A DNA stretch of 64,000 bases from Halocafeteria seosinensis (Eukaryota). The position numbers and the translations under genes are program-made. Positions within the stretch are counted from its first letter, which is position 1; every line of letters begins with the position of its first letter. The stretch spans positions 1-64,000 of the forward strand of contig LVLI01000202.1 in assembly GCA_001687465.1 (NCBI GenBank). Direction: 5' to 3'. The notes below the pieces were generated by a model, which saw only the letters and a program-made list of their open reading frames with translations, was not told the origin of the DNA and did not search any database. Positions 49,368-62,003 of the stretch are shown in pieces.

Positions 49368-50933
49368 CTACACTTCCACTGCTTCGTTGCTGTCAATGGG
49401 TCCAAACTGGGAGTTGGAAGCTGAAACTCCGGCAGCACTACTTCGTTCACTCCCGCCGCTGGAGTCACCAAATATGTTACGCATTCTCTGGTCGTGATTT
49501 CTCTTTGCTTCTTCCTCCCTTTCCCGAACCTCATCCCGAATTGCTTCCGGTAGACCGGATGCAACAGACATTGAAGCAAGGGCGGTTTCCTCAGGATTTT
49601 GTTTGTTTATTTCGTCAAACCATGGATGGTTCATCGCATCCGCGCAGCTAATTCGTCTCATAGGGTCATACGTAAGCAATTTCTGTACAACTCAGGCCGA
49701 GGGGAATTACCTCACACTGCACCAAGATCAACGAGCTATTAAAAGCTTACCACCAACAGATCCCTGCCAACCTCATCCAACTCTGGCACAAGTTTTATCA
49801 GAGGCTTCTGGGGCCAGCACGGAAAGTGCTCCATATAGTTAGGCAAGCTGGACACTCCTTTCCATATTCGCTCGTTTGGGGTTCCTAAGCCCTGGAAAAT
49901 TTTGTATAGCTGGTCGATTTCGGAGTCCCCTGAATACCACCAAGTCGCAAAGCGGAATATTTGTGTGTAGACAAAGGGCTCAGAGTATAGCTTTCTTACC
50001 AGCAAAGAGAGGACTTCCGTTTATCATTTCTGCCATCATGCATCCGACACTCCAGCTGTCTACTTTGGCATTATAGTTCGCTGCTCCTAGTAACACCTCC
50101 GGCGCCCGATACCATAGAGTTACAACTTCATGAGTATACGGACGAATTGGCAATGTAAAAGGCCTTGCTAAGCCGAAATCCGCCAACTTAAGATGTCCGT
50201 TCCGCGACAGCAATACATTTTGGGGTTTCAAATCACGGTGGAGAACCGCATTAATATGACATTGGTGAGAACCGTTCAAGAGTTGGAAAACGTAGCTCTG
50301 GGCCAAACAGTACCATCTCAGGAATACACACTGTTGCTAGCGAACTGGAGAAATAGGCTTACTTTTGCCAAGAGTCTATTTATTCCGATGGAGCGAAAAT
50401 GATCCATATACTGTTTGAGGTCCCGATCTAACAACTCGAAAACCATGTATAGGTTGCCGCTGAAACTAACGAAGACATCGTCGAGTCTGGAAGACATAGA
50501 GCAAAAGAGCCACCATGTAGACAGGCAAAGATTTTCGTAGTTCAAAAATGACGTCAACTTACTGTACAACATTAGGAGAATCAATCTGTTTCAAGACGGA
50601 TATTTCTCGGAGTGATATTGCAGACATTCCTTCCCCCCACGCATCGCATCTCACTTTTTTGAGGGCCACAAAAATGCCTCTGTGCTGATCTTTGGCTTTA
50701 TATACAACTCCGTATGTTCCTTCTCCCAATTTTTCGACTTTTAAGTATCGTTCCTGCTGTTGCTGTGATCCTTCAGCGGTACCTCCACTTTGATTAGATT
50801 GTTGCTGTTGCTGTTCGTTCTGTTGGGCACTGTTATTGGAGCCCCTCGAGATATTTTGCGGCGGTTCGTTTTCATCGCCATGCTCTCCCGTAGCATGGCC
50901 ACTCTGGTTACTTTTTTGTTCTTGTCCACCCAT
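49368..50933 (-). CDS. Cyclin-dependent kinase (CDK1/2-related), multi-exon
   Basis: [39 protein letters not shown] and GDSEIDQL. The cyclin-binding helix reads SAISLRE. Confidence 0.93.
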
Positions 50934-51296
50934 TGTGGCAAGTATAATAGTCCCGAAAAGGGCACAGAGAAAAACCTACCTCGCGTGTGTATCCTTTGGC
51001 TCAACACGCTTTTACCCTCAATAAGTAACCACAGACACCGTTTTATCGTGTATCCACAAACTGCACTGGCGCTTTCAAACAAGCGTCAGGCAATACATAC
51101 TGGAGAGACCCATCATACCCATCATAGGACGCCGTATACAGGACTGGCTCTGCGTATTTGAATTTTTTTGAAGTCTTTCTGAGTCTGCGAAATGATTGTC
51201 CGGTAAGCCGTTAAACGAAGGGTAATGCAGTTGGAGGATGAGTTTGGCGTTAATCATCATTAATTATCACCGAGAGTCTCAGTGGGGAAGAATACA

Positions 51297-54200
51297 ATGC
51301 CAGGGGATCCGACAAACAGCGCTCGGCGGCCGAGCCGCAGTGCAGGGCGTTCCTCGGCTAGACGCCAGTCTTCGGCGAGTGGAACTGGCCAAGGTGGGCA
51401 GAAAGGAGAGGTAAGTGGAATTCTTTATTGAACCGAGAAGCTTGGTGTTTTCGTAGAGTGACTGAAGTATTGCGCGAATGGTATGAATTTGGATGTACAG
51501 GAAGCTGGTGGTGATGATCACCCGCACTTAGTGGATGAATCTGGACGTGACGTTACTCCTAAGTCGTTGCTGCCAAGTGCAGCTCAGGAAGAAAATGCTG
51601 CTGTCTTTAAGATCTTCTCCCGCGGTAATCAAGTGAGTTCATACACTGTTCTTTCGTAGTCTGTTCTCCTCGTCACCTCGGTGGATGCGTTATGCAGCAT
51701 GGTACGTCTATGGAAAACGCCATACAAGGTGAACAGGACGAAGCCGCAGCCGATACCGAAGATATTATAGGAGGTGGAGGTTTCTCTGTATCCGGTGCTT
51801 CGATAAGAAGTGGGGATGCGAGTGAGGATGAGTCGGACGAAAATGCAGAAAGTAAAGATGAAACTCCTCGAGCTGATGTCGGAGAGGGCTATGCTGCTCA
51901 GCTCGAAGGGAAGGGCGACGATGACGATCAGTCTCAACCTGAGATGGGTGTTGACCGTGTGAGACAAGCTGTGCGGTCTTTGATGGTAAGTGGCAACTAC
52001 CGATGACTTAAGTCCTTTACTAGTCTGTTGTTTACTGTTGACGTTGCTTTCAGAGCGAATATGACGCGAATACGCTTTTATCGCTGCAATTAGAGGAAAC
52101 GGATACTGACATTCTACTAGAAATGAAAAGTAGCCGGGTCATGTCTGACACGCCTTACGCTGAGCAGGTCCAGTCCCGAAACGACCGTTACGGAGAGTAC
52201 ACCGCCCACATGTCAAGGAGTGGTGACGGGTATGTCGGGAAGTACACCCAAACACTGCACGGAACAGGCTCCGCGGGAGCAGGCAAGTTAACAAAGGGAA
52301 TACAAGCTCGCCCTATTCCAACAGATGATGCGAGCGTCCAGGCATCTGTGTGGGACATTGCCGATGCCAATTACGCACTACAGAAGGCTGCGGCTTCTCA
52401 GACTTCGGAAGGTTTGGAGCTGCTTCAACGTTCTACCCAAGAAAAATCCAGTGAAAATGCTGGCGAGGATTTCCAAGAGGATGAAGGAGCATCGGAAGAG
52501 GAAGATGCCTGGGCCAGCGATGAAGAAGGTGAAGGAAAGCATAGCAAATCGAAGAAGAAAGATGCGGTAGATGAATATGCTATAGCGGCACTGGAGAGGC
52601 AGGTGAATGATGTTCTGAGTGCCGGGAACTCTGCCCCCGGTTTCCTTCTTGACTCAGAAGGTAGTGTAAGAATTGCTCCAGTTATGGAAAAAGTCGAGGA
52701 TGACAAGGAGGTGAGGAGACGAGCAATCCAAGAGGGAACTTCCCGCAGTGGTAGAACCAGTTCCAGGCGGGAGTCTCAAAGAAATGCAGTGGGAATCAGT
52801 GTCGGGGAGAGCTTACGGGGATACGGAAACAGTCAAAGTAACAATACATCGAGATCTAGCAATGAATTGCGCCACGGAATAGAATCAACAAATAATTTGG
52901 AAACATCGACCCAAGACAGCTCGTCGGTTAGTCACGATTCGAACGAAGGTGAAGAGGAAGATGGGGAAGATGGCGGCGGTGACGAAATGCATGACAAATT
53001 GGCCAGAGAGAAGCAGCTTCAGGAGTTAATCTCCAGTCGCCAACTCATGTCTGGACTAAGCGTTGTAGAACGCGCTGTTCAGCAGAATTTGTACCACCAT
53101 GCGCATCGACTTTATCGAAGTCGCGCGGGGTTAGAGGCTGTCGAGGGACTGCTAGCCGGTATGCGAAATATAATTGTTGCTGCTGTCCGCTTGGAACAGA
53201 CCAAGTTTGGCAGTGACGCAAAACAAGGCCCAGGGTCAAATGACCTTTTTACTCTTGCATCAAAGATTCGACAAATGAAAGCGGAAGAGGCTCGCCTCCA
53301 AAACCAAAAGAGTGTTCTGCAAACAGAGAAGCCTGAAGACCAGGAAGAAACACAACAGCGAGGACTTGACAGCGAACAGAGACAGAGTTCCTCCGACGCT
53401 GGTAAAAGAAGTCCCGATGAGTCTGAAGCGACTGAAGAATCCGCTAGCAGTGACGACAATCAGGAAGCTGAAGAGGAAGGTGAAGCAGCCGTGGATGCCG
53501 GAGAGCGGTCTGAACATGAGCCTGGAATGCATCTGGGAGAAGATGCGGGAACTGAGCTGGCATCAACTCTTGCTGTACTTGCGGAACGAGCAAATGATGT
53601 TGGAAACAGGAACGTCGCTGCTCTTCTCGAAGGTTTACAGTCCTTGGCATTAGGGCCTAAAGCTTCCCCGGGTTTGCTTTTGCTTTTTAGCTATTCTTGC
53701 GCTGATGTAAAGAACATGGCAGTAAACTCAATTGCTTGGAATCGGATCAACTCAGACTTGCTCGCTGCAGGATACGGGCCGTCGTCGTACATTCCTCCGT
53801 CAAAGAGCCGTGGCTACCTAGCCTTGTGGAGTATTAAGAATCCTGAATACCCTCAGGCGCTAGTTAGGGTGGAGTCCGGGGTTACGGCGTTGGACTTCTC
53901 CGCCGCTCATCCTAACTTACTTGCTGTTGGACTGTATGATGGTAGAATTGCGATCTATGATGTGCGGCGCTTGTTAACTGGTGACGCGTTCGTGTCTCCT
54001 GAGGCAATTTCAGAGCCACTTGCTCCCGGAGCTCATACGGAAGTCGTATGGGAGGTAAAGTGGGTAGATACTTCTCCTAGTTCCAACAACACTGAAGAAG
54101 ATAAGCAGGGCTCTACGGAGGATGACTTCGGTAGCACCACTACCGGAACGACAGCTTCAGCGCCTGCGTCGGAACGCCTCGTTTCAATCAGCTCTGATGG

Positions 54201-55500
54201 TAAGGTTAATGAGTGGAATACGAAGAAAGGACTCCAATGCAGAACGCTGATACATCTAAAGCAGCCAAGAACCGAAGACCTTAATTCTTCTGATCCGCAG
54301 CAGGCTGCATTATCCTCTACTACTAGCGAAGAGCTTTCTACAGCACTTCAAAATAAGAAATACGGTAACCTTACTGTTCCAAAACCGGTGCCAAATCACA
54401 GTGCAAACATCAGTGGCCTTACTGTTGAAGACGCAGTGCGGAACGCAGACTCAAATAACCAAACGGCCACGCGTGACCGTGGTCCAGCAGGAGCTGCGTC
54501 GAAACATGGGTCGAACGATGTCCACGAAGCACGAATCAGTCGTACGGTTAGCGGGCTCTGCTTCGACTTTCCTCAGTCAGATCCCTCCTCGTATCTGGCA
54601 GGTGCCGAAGACGGCCACATGCACCAATGCTCAGTTAGTTACAATGAACAGACGCTTCGGAGCTACAAGGTGCATGGAGGACCAATCAACAAACTGCGGA
54701 TTTCTCCCTTCTATGAACCTGCTGTCATTACTGCGGGGGGTGATTGGTGCGTCCGTTTATGGGATCTTGCTGAGTCATCTGCCGAGGAGGAAGGGGTCAA
54801 ATCGAAGGAGCAGCAGCAAGATGACGACAAGTCGGATAAAGAAACAGCGAATCAGAAAAACTTTGTTTCCGATATGGAGACTCCAGTAGCTGGCTTTGCA
54901 TCCCCTGATTCTAGAGATGCTGTAGCAGACTTGCAGTGGCATCCACAGGTCAGTACATGGCTCGGTAGTGTCTCCGGTGACGGCCACATCTGCGTTTGGG
55001 AGGTTGGAAGTGGTGCTCCTCTGGTGGACCACATTGCTCGAGAACCGGAAGAAGGACAAGAGCATAACCAGGGAATAATTGGGCTGATCAAATCAGCAGG
55101 AGAGGAACGCGTAGATAAAGACCAAGGAGAAGAAAGCGATGAGGAGAGCGAATACGGCGGAAAAGAGGACAAAGACCATCGGAAACCCAGCCAAAGTGCT
55201 CAACACAGGGCTCGTAGCGAGAGCTCCGAGTCTAGTGACAGTGGCCCCTCAGAAGACAGTGGCGAGGATGCCAAGGAACGAGAACTACCAACGAAGCGCC
55301 TAACTTGTTTCCTATTTGCAAGGGATGCCCCTGTGGTAGTTACGGGTGACAGCTCAGGTCGCATCGACGTTTATCGGCTGATGGGATCTGTATCCCAAGC
55401 TAAGTTTACTGGATATACTGAGGCTCAACTTACGGAAGAGTTATATTATGCCATGCATCCAGACAGACAACGAGCAGAGGAAGATGAGGCCGAAGGGTAA
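51297..55500 (+). CDS. WDR78: Axonemal dynein intermediate chain WDR78/IC138-like, multi-exon
   Basis: DESGRDVTPKSL, VVERAVQQN, WNRINSDLLAAGYG, WSIKNPEYP, HPNLLAVGLYDG, LVSISSDGKV and HQCSVSYNEQTL, with long acidic insertions. Confidence 0.85.
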
Positions 55501-56538
55501 ATAGTTGTCCAGAATAGCGTTTGGTATTTTCGGGATTTGCACCTGTGCCTTTGATACGCATATAGACATGGCACTTCACCGCGAATACACATGATGTGCT
55601 CGCGTACCCCTCACCATATGGAATGATAATTAAAATTGCGAATTGTTGAGCCAAGGAATAAACGTGTACACTGGTCATCTTGATGTATATCACCATACTG
55701 AGCAGGAGACTGATGAAGAGGGCAGCACTTCTCATTTTTCGACAGATAGATGTGTCGAGAGAGAAGTTCATTTCTGGTGCAGAGTCGTGTCATTGACGGA
55801 CTCCACATTCTCAATACGTCCACGGCTGTCTCTCTCAAGTTCATGCGGAGGTACACGTACTGTATAGCAAAGTCCTCTGAGTAGGCTTTCACTTCTGTGG
55901 AAGTTGGAGTTAATGTTCCCGGAGATATGGTATTGCTGACCAATAAGTACCGCCTTAATCAACGAGTAGCAAGGAGGAAACAATTTATTGACGTTATTTT
56001 CTTTGCTTCCCAGGTTCCGGAGTGTGTATTGTTGTATTTACCAGCATGAATATTTCCACTAAACTTATTCTGCACTGGAAACTTTTTAGGAGATTAGCCG
56101 TTCGAATGTTGGGAGACTGCAACGGGACTTGTCGTTCAGGTTGTAGTACGTGGCTCCATCACCAATATGTATTCAGAGTCCGACGATGCAGGAGTGGTAG
56201 TCCTGGGTTGCAAGGAATGCGACTATGAGAAGGAATTAGCAGCAGAGGAATCTGATCGTGCGTAACGACTGGCATTGACCGTAGCACACACACATACACT
56301 GACAAATTGTTAGATCGCCCACCGATCAGGAATTGGGGTGAAATTTGGAGTAGCACGAGCGATGATGATTTTAACGATGCCGCCTCTCAATTTAGGAAAT
56401 CACTGGAAACGATTCCGAGCACTGGTATTGTGGGCGCAGGCATGGCTCCTCGGAGCCTCCTCCCCCGATGCCTCCTGAGCATAACCAGTGTTGTGTTCCC
56501 TCACGGCGCATGTCAGCAAGGCTGCAGGAACAGCGGGC

Positions 56539-56597
56539 CCGTCGCTGCTTAACACGGGCGCATACCGCTCCTCGTTAAGAGGATGCGGTCAACGTCC
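56539..56597. repeat. 59-bp direct repeat with hairpin, copy 1
   Basis: 55/59 identical to 56876-56934. Contains the stem-loop ACCGC-TCCTC-GTTAA-GAGGA-T-GCGGT. Confidence 0.88.
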
Positions 56598-56598
56598 C

Positions 56599-56632
56599 GG
56601 CCGGTGGGCTATCTGTCACATTTGTGTGTGTG
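56599..56632 (+). repeat. 34-bp mini-element B, copy 3
   Basis: GGCCGGTGGGCTATCTGTCACATTTGTGTGTGTG, one mismatch to copy 1. Confidence 0.9.
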
Positions 56633-56875
56633 CTGACAACTTGTGGCACTGTTGGAACAATACGTTCTCACGGTAGAGGAGACTTTTAATGCTATGGCAT
56701 TTGACTTTTAGTGGTATGGCATCTATGCAACCCGATGGATGTCGTTATACGAGATTTCAATATTGCTGAAGCTTGATTCACTGGAGCAGTTGCTCAATCG
56801 AACACCGTCTCTAGCAGTCGTTATTATCATATAGGTAGATACTCAAAACACTTGGTCAAACAACCAGCAGAGCAA

Positions 56876-56934
56876 CCGTCACTGCTTAACACGGGCGCAT
56901 ACCGCTTTTCGTTAAGAGGATGCGGTCAACTTCC
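56876..56934. repeat. 59-bp direct repeat with hairpin, copy 2
   Basis: See copy 1. Confidence 0.88.
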
Positions 56935-58035
56935 TACTGCCACAATGTCTGAGAAAGATCGTGAGGCTCATAACCTCAAGGACCGCGGATCGAAATCGCG
57001 AGCCGCAATTATCTTTTTGTTTTTCACTTCGTAAATGTGCACCTTTCCATGCCGTAGTTTTCCATGTGTGGTAATTCTTGCTTGAACAACGGAGTTACCT
57101 CACCTCACACTGCAGTACACTCAGTGGGTACAGTATACTTGGCTGACTCAAGGCTGTTTCATTTAGCTAATTGATTTAGCTCAGCAACTACACAAACTAT
57201 TGAACAAAAACCAGGTGCCCAGACGGTGCCATCATAATCAGATGTGTTACTTATGGTCGACCGGGAAATCCGCAAATCCTTGCAACTTGTACAACACACT
57301 GTACACACACTTAAGTTAACTAGTACTTGTACTCAGAAAGGGAAGTCCTGTGAGCACGAACTGCTTCTAGATGGTTTGCAGATTGTGTTTGCTGAATATA
57401 ACGGAAAGAATACGGTTTACGGTTTCCACTCTCCAGCGATACCTCATTAAGCGTTTGATGTCATCTGACGGAGTACACACGTGAGGAGATCTAAAGGTTC
57501 TCAAGTAGCTCAATACCACAGTAGTCAGTTCATAAAATGTGTAAACCCAGCTCAGGACTCTGAACTCCAGCAAAACTCGTTGCTAGCGTGGATGGCTCCT
57601 TAAAGTTGATGAAGACAGTTAATGGCAGCTATAGGCGCGGAACTGTGATAATGGCATTAGGAAAGCCTCGAAAAGAAGTACACTGGGTATCGGTCGGAAC
57701 TTCGGAAGAATCCAGCCATCGTTCCTTAATTCAATATCATTGCACTGGTTAACTAATTGAACAGTGTCTCTGCAACGGGTAGAGAAGTCATTTTTCGCTA
57801 ATCGCGTTTGAACCTTTTACTCTTTGAACTAAGACTTAGCGGTTCTGAGTTCACAAATCACTGTCGGGTCGACTCAACACTACCATACCCGGTATAGTGG
57901 GCGACGCACCAGTCGATAGCAGCAGCATATGTTTGTGCCACTATGACCAGAAAGTAATTGAAATCTAGCATTGAAAACATCCATCAAATTGCAAGTTGCA
58001 TATCGTACAAAGGTTCCGACGTGTTGTGTTACAGG

Positions 58036-58525
58036 ATGTCGTTCAGCCGTGTAATACGATTTCAAGCCTCCAGAGCTATACGCCATACAACCGCTATTCG
58101 AGCACAACCGACCCTTATCACTCCCAGGATCAGTTCAGCATTGTCGACGCTTCCACAAGAGCAGGAAGCACAGCTACTGGTGAAACGCGGCGTCCGGCAC
58201 CAGAGTACCAGCCAACATCAGCAGCCGCCGAACTCAGAGGGAGACCGTACACACACAAACCCTGGAGCTGATGCAGACAAGCCGCCAGAGCCCCCTACAG
58301 CCAGTAATATTGCGCTCGGGCTAGTTCTCTTTGGGTTCATCTGGGCCGTGTATCAGTATACAATGCAGCAAATGAAAGCGACAGTAAGTCTCATGAATGC
58401 GATTGTCCTCACACACGTGGCCTACGCGATTGTCGTTCCGAATACAGGATGCGCTAATGCAAGTGGAGGAGGAGATGAACGAGCTTGAAGACAAAAATAC
58501 AAATGAAGAAGATCGAAACAGATAG
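58036..58525 (+). CDS. Small mitochondrial single-TM protein, COA3-like (2 exons)
   Basis: R/S/A-rich presequence, then SNIALGLVLFGFIWAVYQYTMQQM, resembling the COA3/CCDC56 TM motif. Intron 58384-58447 (GTAAGT...TACAG) and an acidic coiled tail. Confidence 0.65.
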
Positions 58526-59219
58526 AGCGAGCTCTTGACGTCGTATGCAAGCACTCGAGGCTGTACGAGGACAGCTACGTCAGCAGCTGGCCAGGTTCAG
58601 GGTACTAAACGAATGTTGCCTAGACTATATGTTGGTCCGGATATGTGAGGCAAACTAAGCCAATAATGGTTCTGTCGTCTCAAATTGAGCAAAATTTGAA
58701 ACCCGGTAGCATGGCAGAGACAAGTGCGTACTCTGCATGCCGTATTACCATTGGGTAATAAACGTATAGCAACAGTTTTGTACATGTGTGTATTAGTTAC
58801 CGGCTATAGTCTGTATACGATGTATAGCGTCGTTCGCGTGGCATATATGAGACAGCTATTGACATCTCGCCAATAGAAGCGGATTGTCAAGTCTTCATCG
58901 CAGTACCTGATATCCGTGTGTGTGCCGCGTTACCTCCAACTACAACAACAGCTCACATTTCAGTAAAACACTCTGGTTCTTAACAGACAAACACTGCATC
59001 TCTAACAGCCAGTGTTTGTAGAGGAATTCGAGAGTGGGAATCCCATTGAAGATCTGGCTGCGGGTTTGACGAATCAGTATTTCTATGGGTAGCGTAGGGT
59101 TGTGCCGCTTCCTACGGATGAGTTAACAAGAACTTCCCATGCCCCCTTCTTTGTATGTCGTAGTTCATCTAGCTTTTCTCACGGGCACAGGTTACCATCA
59201 TAGAACCTTTTCTCTGAGA

Positions 59220-60363
59220 ATGGCGGCTCGGTCTCACCAAGATGGTCATTTGAATGAGCAAGAAGAGGACGGCGAAGGGGAAGAGCAGGCTTCCAAGGAG
59301 CTCCAAGAGGAGATTAGAGGTTACTTTGCAGATGTCGATAGGAGTGGTTATGAACAAGAGGAGGAGGAGGAGGAGGAGGAAGATGATCTCGATGAGGAGG
59401 AAATAATCCATTCGTCGCCTTCCTTCCGATATAATGTGAATCAACTGAGTGAAGAACGGCGTGCTGATATTCATAAAGAATTACGAGCAAGGATAGACGC
59501 ACACAAGAGGCTAAAGAAGTGGGGCATCAAGGACACGTTTTTAGACGTCTGCTTGTACTCCCGCCATTACCACCTAGACAATGCCATGAGACTCGTGACG
59601 AACTTTGTACACTTTGTGGAGAAGCACGTACGTTACTTGTATAACTGGCTTAAAATGTGTATGGGTGTTCTTTCACATGCGAACACGTAACTTTGCTGGT
59701 GCAGAATTGGGCTAACTCCATATATCCTAAAGGTCTGGAGGGCCCTCTCCGGACAGGATTTCACAGGATGTTCCCTGTCGGGCATACTGATTGTGACGGG
59801 CACGAAATCATCACACTTGAGCTAGGGAAACTAGATTTCGATAGTTTTTCAATTAAGCATTTCCAACAACTTAGCCTGTATGCCATCTCAAAAGTAATGG
59901 AGCGTGAAAACTCGAAAAAGAAAGGTGTATCAATGTAAGTCAGGAGAACGCGATCTCGACCAACGTGAATGTTAAAGAAAAATACCGTCCATGCTACAGG
60001 GTGGTAGATTTTAGCGGGCTGGACTGGAATACCGTCAAGAAGGTGTCGACCGACGATTTTAATCGGGGACGCACTCTCGTGTACGATACTATCCCTCTGA
60101 AGGTTCGAAATGTGTTTTTCGTTCGACAAGGGGTGATATCACGAACGGTGCTTTCCATGGTCAAACCCTTCATGTCAAAACGCGTAAAGCAACGAATGAT
60201 AATGTGCAAAGATAGTCGACCCCTGACGAACTTCATTCCCAGGGAATACGTCCCGGAAGAGTGGGGTGGAACAAACAGTCAGTTTGCCGCTGAATGGCAA
60301 AGACAGGTAGACGAATATATTCAGCAGGAACACCATCCAATGTTCTCGGCTACCTCTAGATGA
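59220..60363 (+). CDS. CRAL-TRIO (Sec14/alpha-TTP-like) lipid-binding protein, 3 exons
   Basis: DTFLDVCLYSRHYHLDNAM (CRAL-TRIO N), VVDFSGL, IPLKVRNVFFV, MVKPFMSKRVKQRM and VPEEWGG. Confidence 0.9.
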
Positions 60364-60425
60364 ACAGTCAAAAAAATTAGTAGCAGTCTAAACCAAACAT
60401 CAGGATTGCAGTGCCGTCGCACGCT

Positions 60426-61676
60426 TTAGGATGTCTCGAACAATGCGTGTGCACTAGTGTCTTGCGAAGCGTTGTTCTTCAGAAGACTTCGTCTCGACTG
60501 CCCTGCGGAATTGTCGCTGCCTTGGGTACGAGGGCTGTTTAGTCTTCCAAAACTAGTAGGAGGACTTTCATGTGGGGACTGTTTTGCATCGTAAATTCCG
60601 CTCCGATGTGACTGATAGAAACCCGTACTTGTCGAACGCCTGGGCTTCACTCTTGTAGCAGAAGTAGTATTAGGTGGCTTCTTTTGCGGTGGGCTTTCTA
60701 TCCTCTGAGATAAGCGGGACATGAACTTGGTCGGTTGGTGTTTGTCCCGTTCTGAGTCCATCGTTTTCCGAACCTCCTTTGCTGTCTCCTGGGCAATTTC
60801 GTGAACTTTAGTCATGGAATCCTCCATGCTTTGCATCTGTATCGGGCACAATAGCCTATTAAGTCAGCAAAACCACTACCAATGCTCGCCAATCTACGGT
60901 ATATACCTCTTTCTGCATATCCTCCAAGACTTCGGCGTCTTCTGCAAAGGCTTTGGGGAACTTGTCCAAGAACCTCTCTACGTCATTAAACTCATGCTCA
61001 GGCGCAAAATCCTCAAACCTGTACCATCGATATACCAAAATAGGAGTCTTCAAATTCTTCTGAGGGTCTCAAAGCTTACTGATTATCCAATCTATGAGAT
61101 ATTTGTTGCATTGCTTCGTGCTTTCGTTCAATGGAAGCAAAACTATCCTTTAGCTGCCGATCATATTTTCCTGTTTCGCAGCAATCAGCAGTGTTGCAGC
61201 CGTGCGTTTGACATCCACAGATAGCATGTCATAATAAACTTACCAAAGATATCTGATACTTTGGAAATCAACGGTGTGCTTGTATCAGAATGGTTAGGAG
61301 CTAGTGGTGAGTTCCTCCGAAGTCGATCGGTGCTGTCACTATTGCCTGATTGGCCACGCGCTACTCTTCCTAACGACCCACTGCTCTGATCGTGTTTGAG
61401 TGGCGATGTCCCTATCTTTCGCATTGACGAAGACGCCGCTCGATGATTTCCTCCTGATCCTTGCGATTCCTCGTCAAAGGAACCACTGGACCCGCCACTC
61501 TTACCGGAATTGCCTCGATGTCGTCCTTTCTGAGGATATTGGCGTCCTGGTGCATCCGATATTCCAGCTGCCGCGCTCGTGGACGGTGAATTCGATCTCG
61601 ACCGGGTTCGAGACCTTTGCTGAGGCTGTGCACCCTCATCTCCACGAGCAGCAGCACTGCTGCCTTCAGCAGACAT
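60426..61676 (-). CDS. Hypothetical protein, multi-exon
   Basis: Same-strand exon-like ORFs (61676-about 61250, 60859-61053, 60426-60851) separated by GT-AG introns. No domain recognised. Confidence 0.6.
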
Positions 61677-62003
61677 TGTGTGTAGTTGTCGTCAATTACG
61701 TAGTATCTCTCTCTGTATGGAAGTGGCACTCATCTCATGAATACCAACTACCCTTTATACATCCACTAGTAGTGCCGTTCAGGTGGGACATACATAATAA
61801 TAACCCTCTTCCTATGTACTACTGATATACAGTAACTGTATCATACATGTGTGTGTATGCCATAATGTCATTCTACAAGGGCGCTTCAACCTCAACTTTG
61901 TTGGATTGGGCCACCATTGACTGCGTCTGGACCACGTTTTATGTGGGGTTGACTGTAGGTATGCAGCTGTCGGTCACTTGGATGGAAACGAGAGAGCTAT
62001 AAT

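Noticed and set aside
55705..55745. CTGATGA as a hammerhead ribozyme core (also near 9 and 37151)
   Set aside because: No stem II followed by GAAA and no flanking stems were found.
3255..56632. 34-bp repeats as a CRISPR array
   Set aside because: Copies are tens of kb apart in both orientations, with no spacers and no cas genes, in a eukaryotic context.
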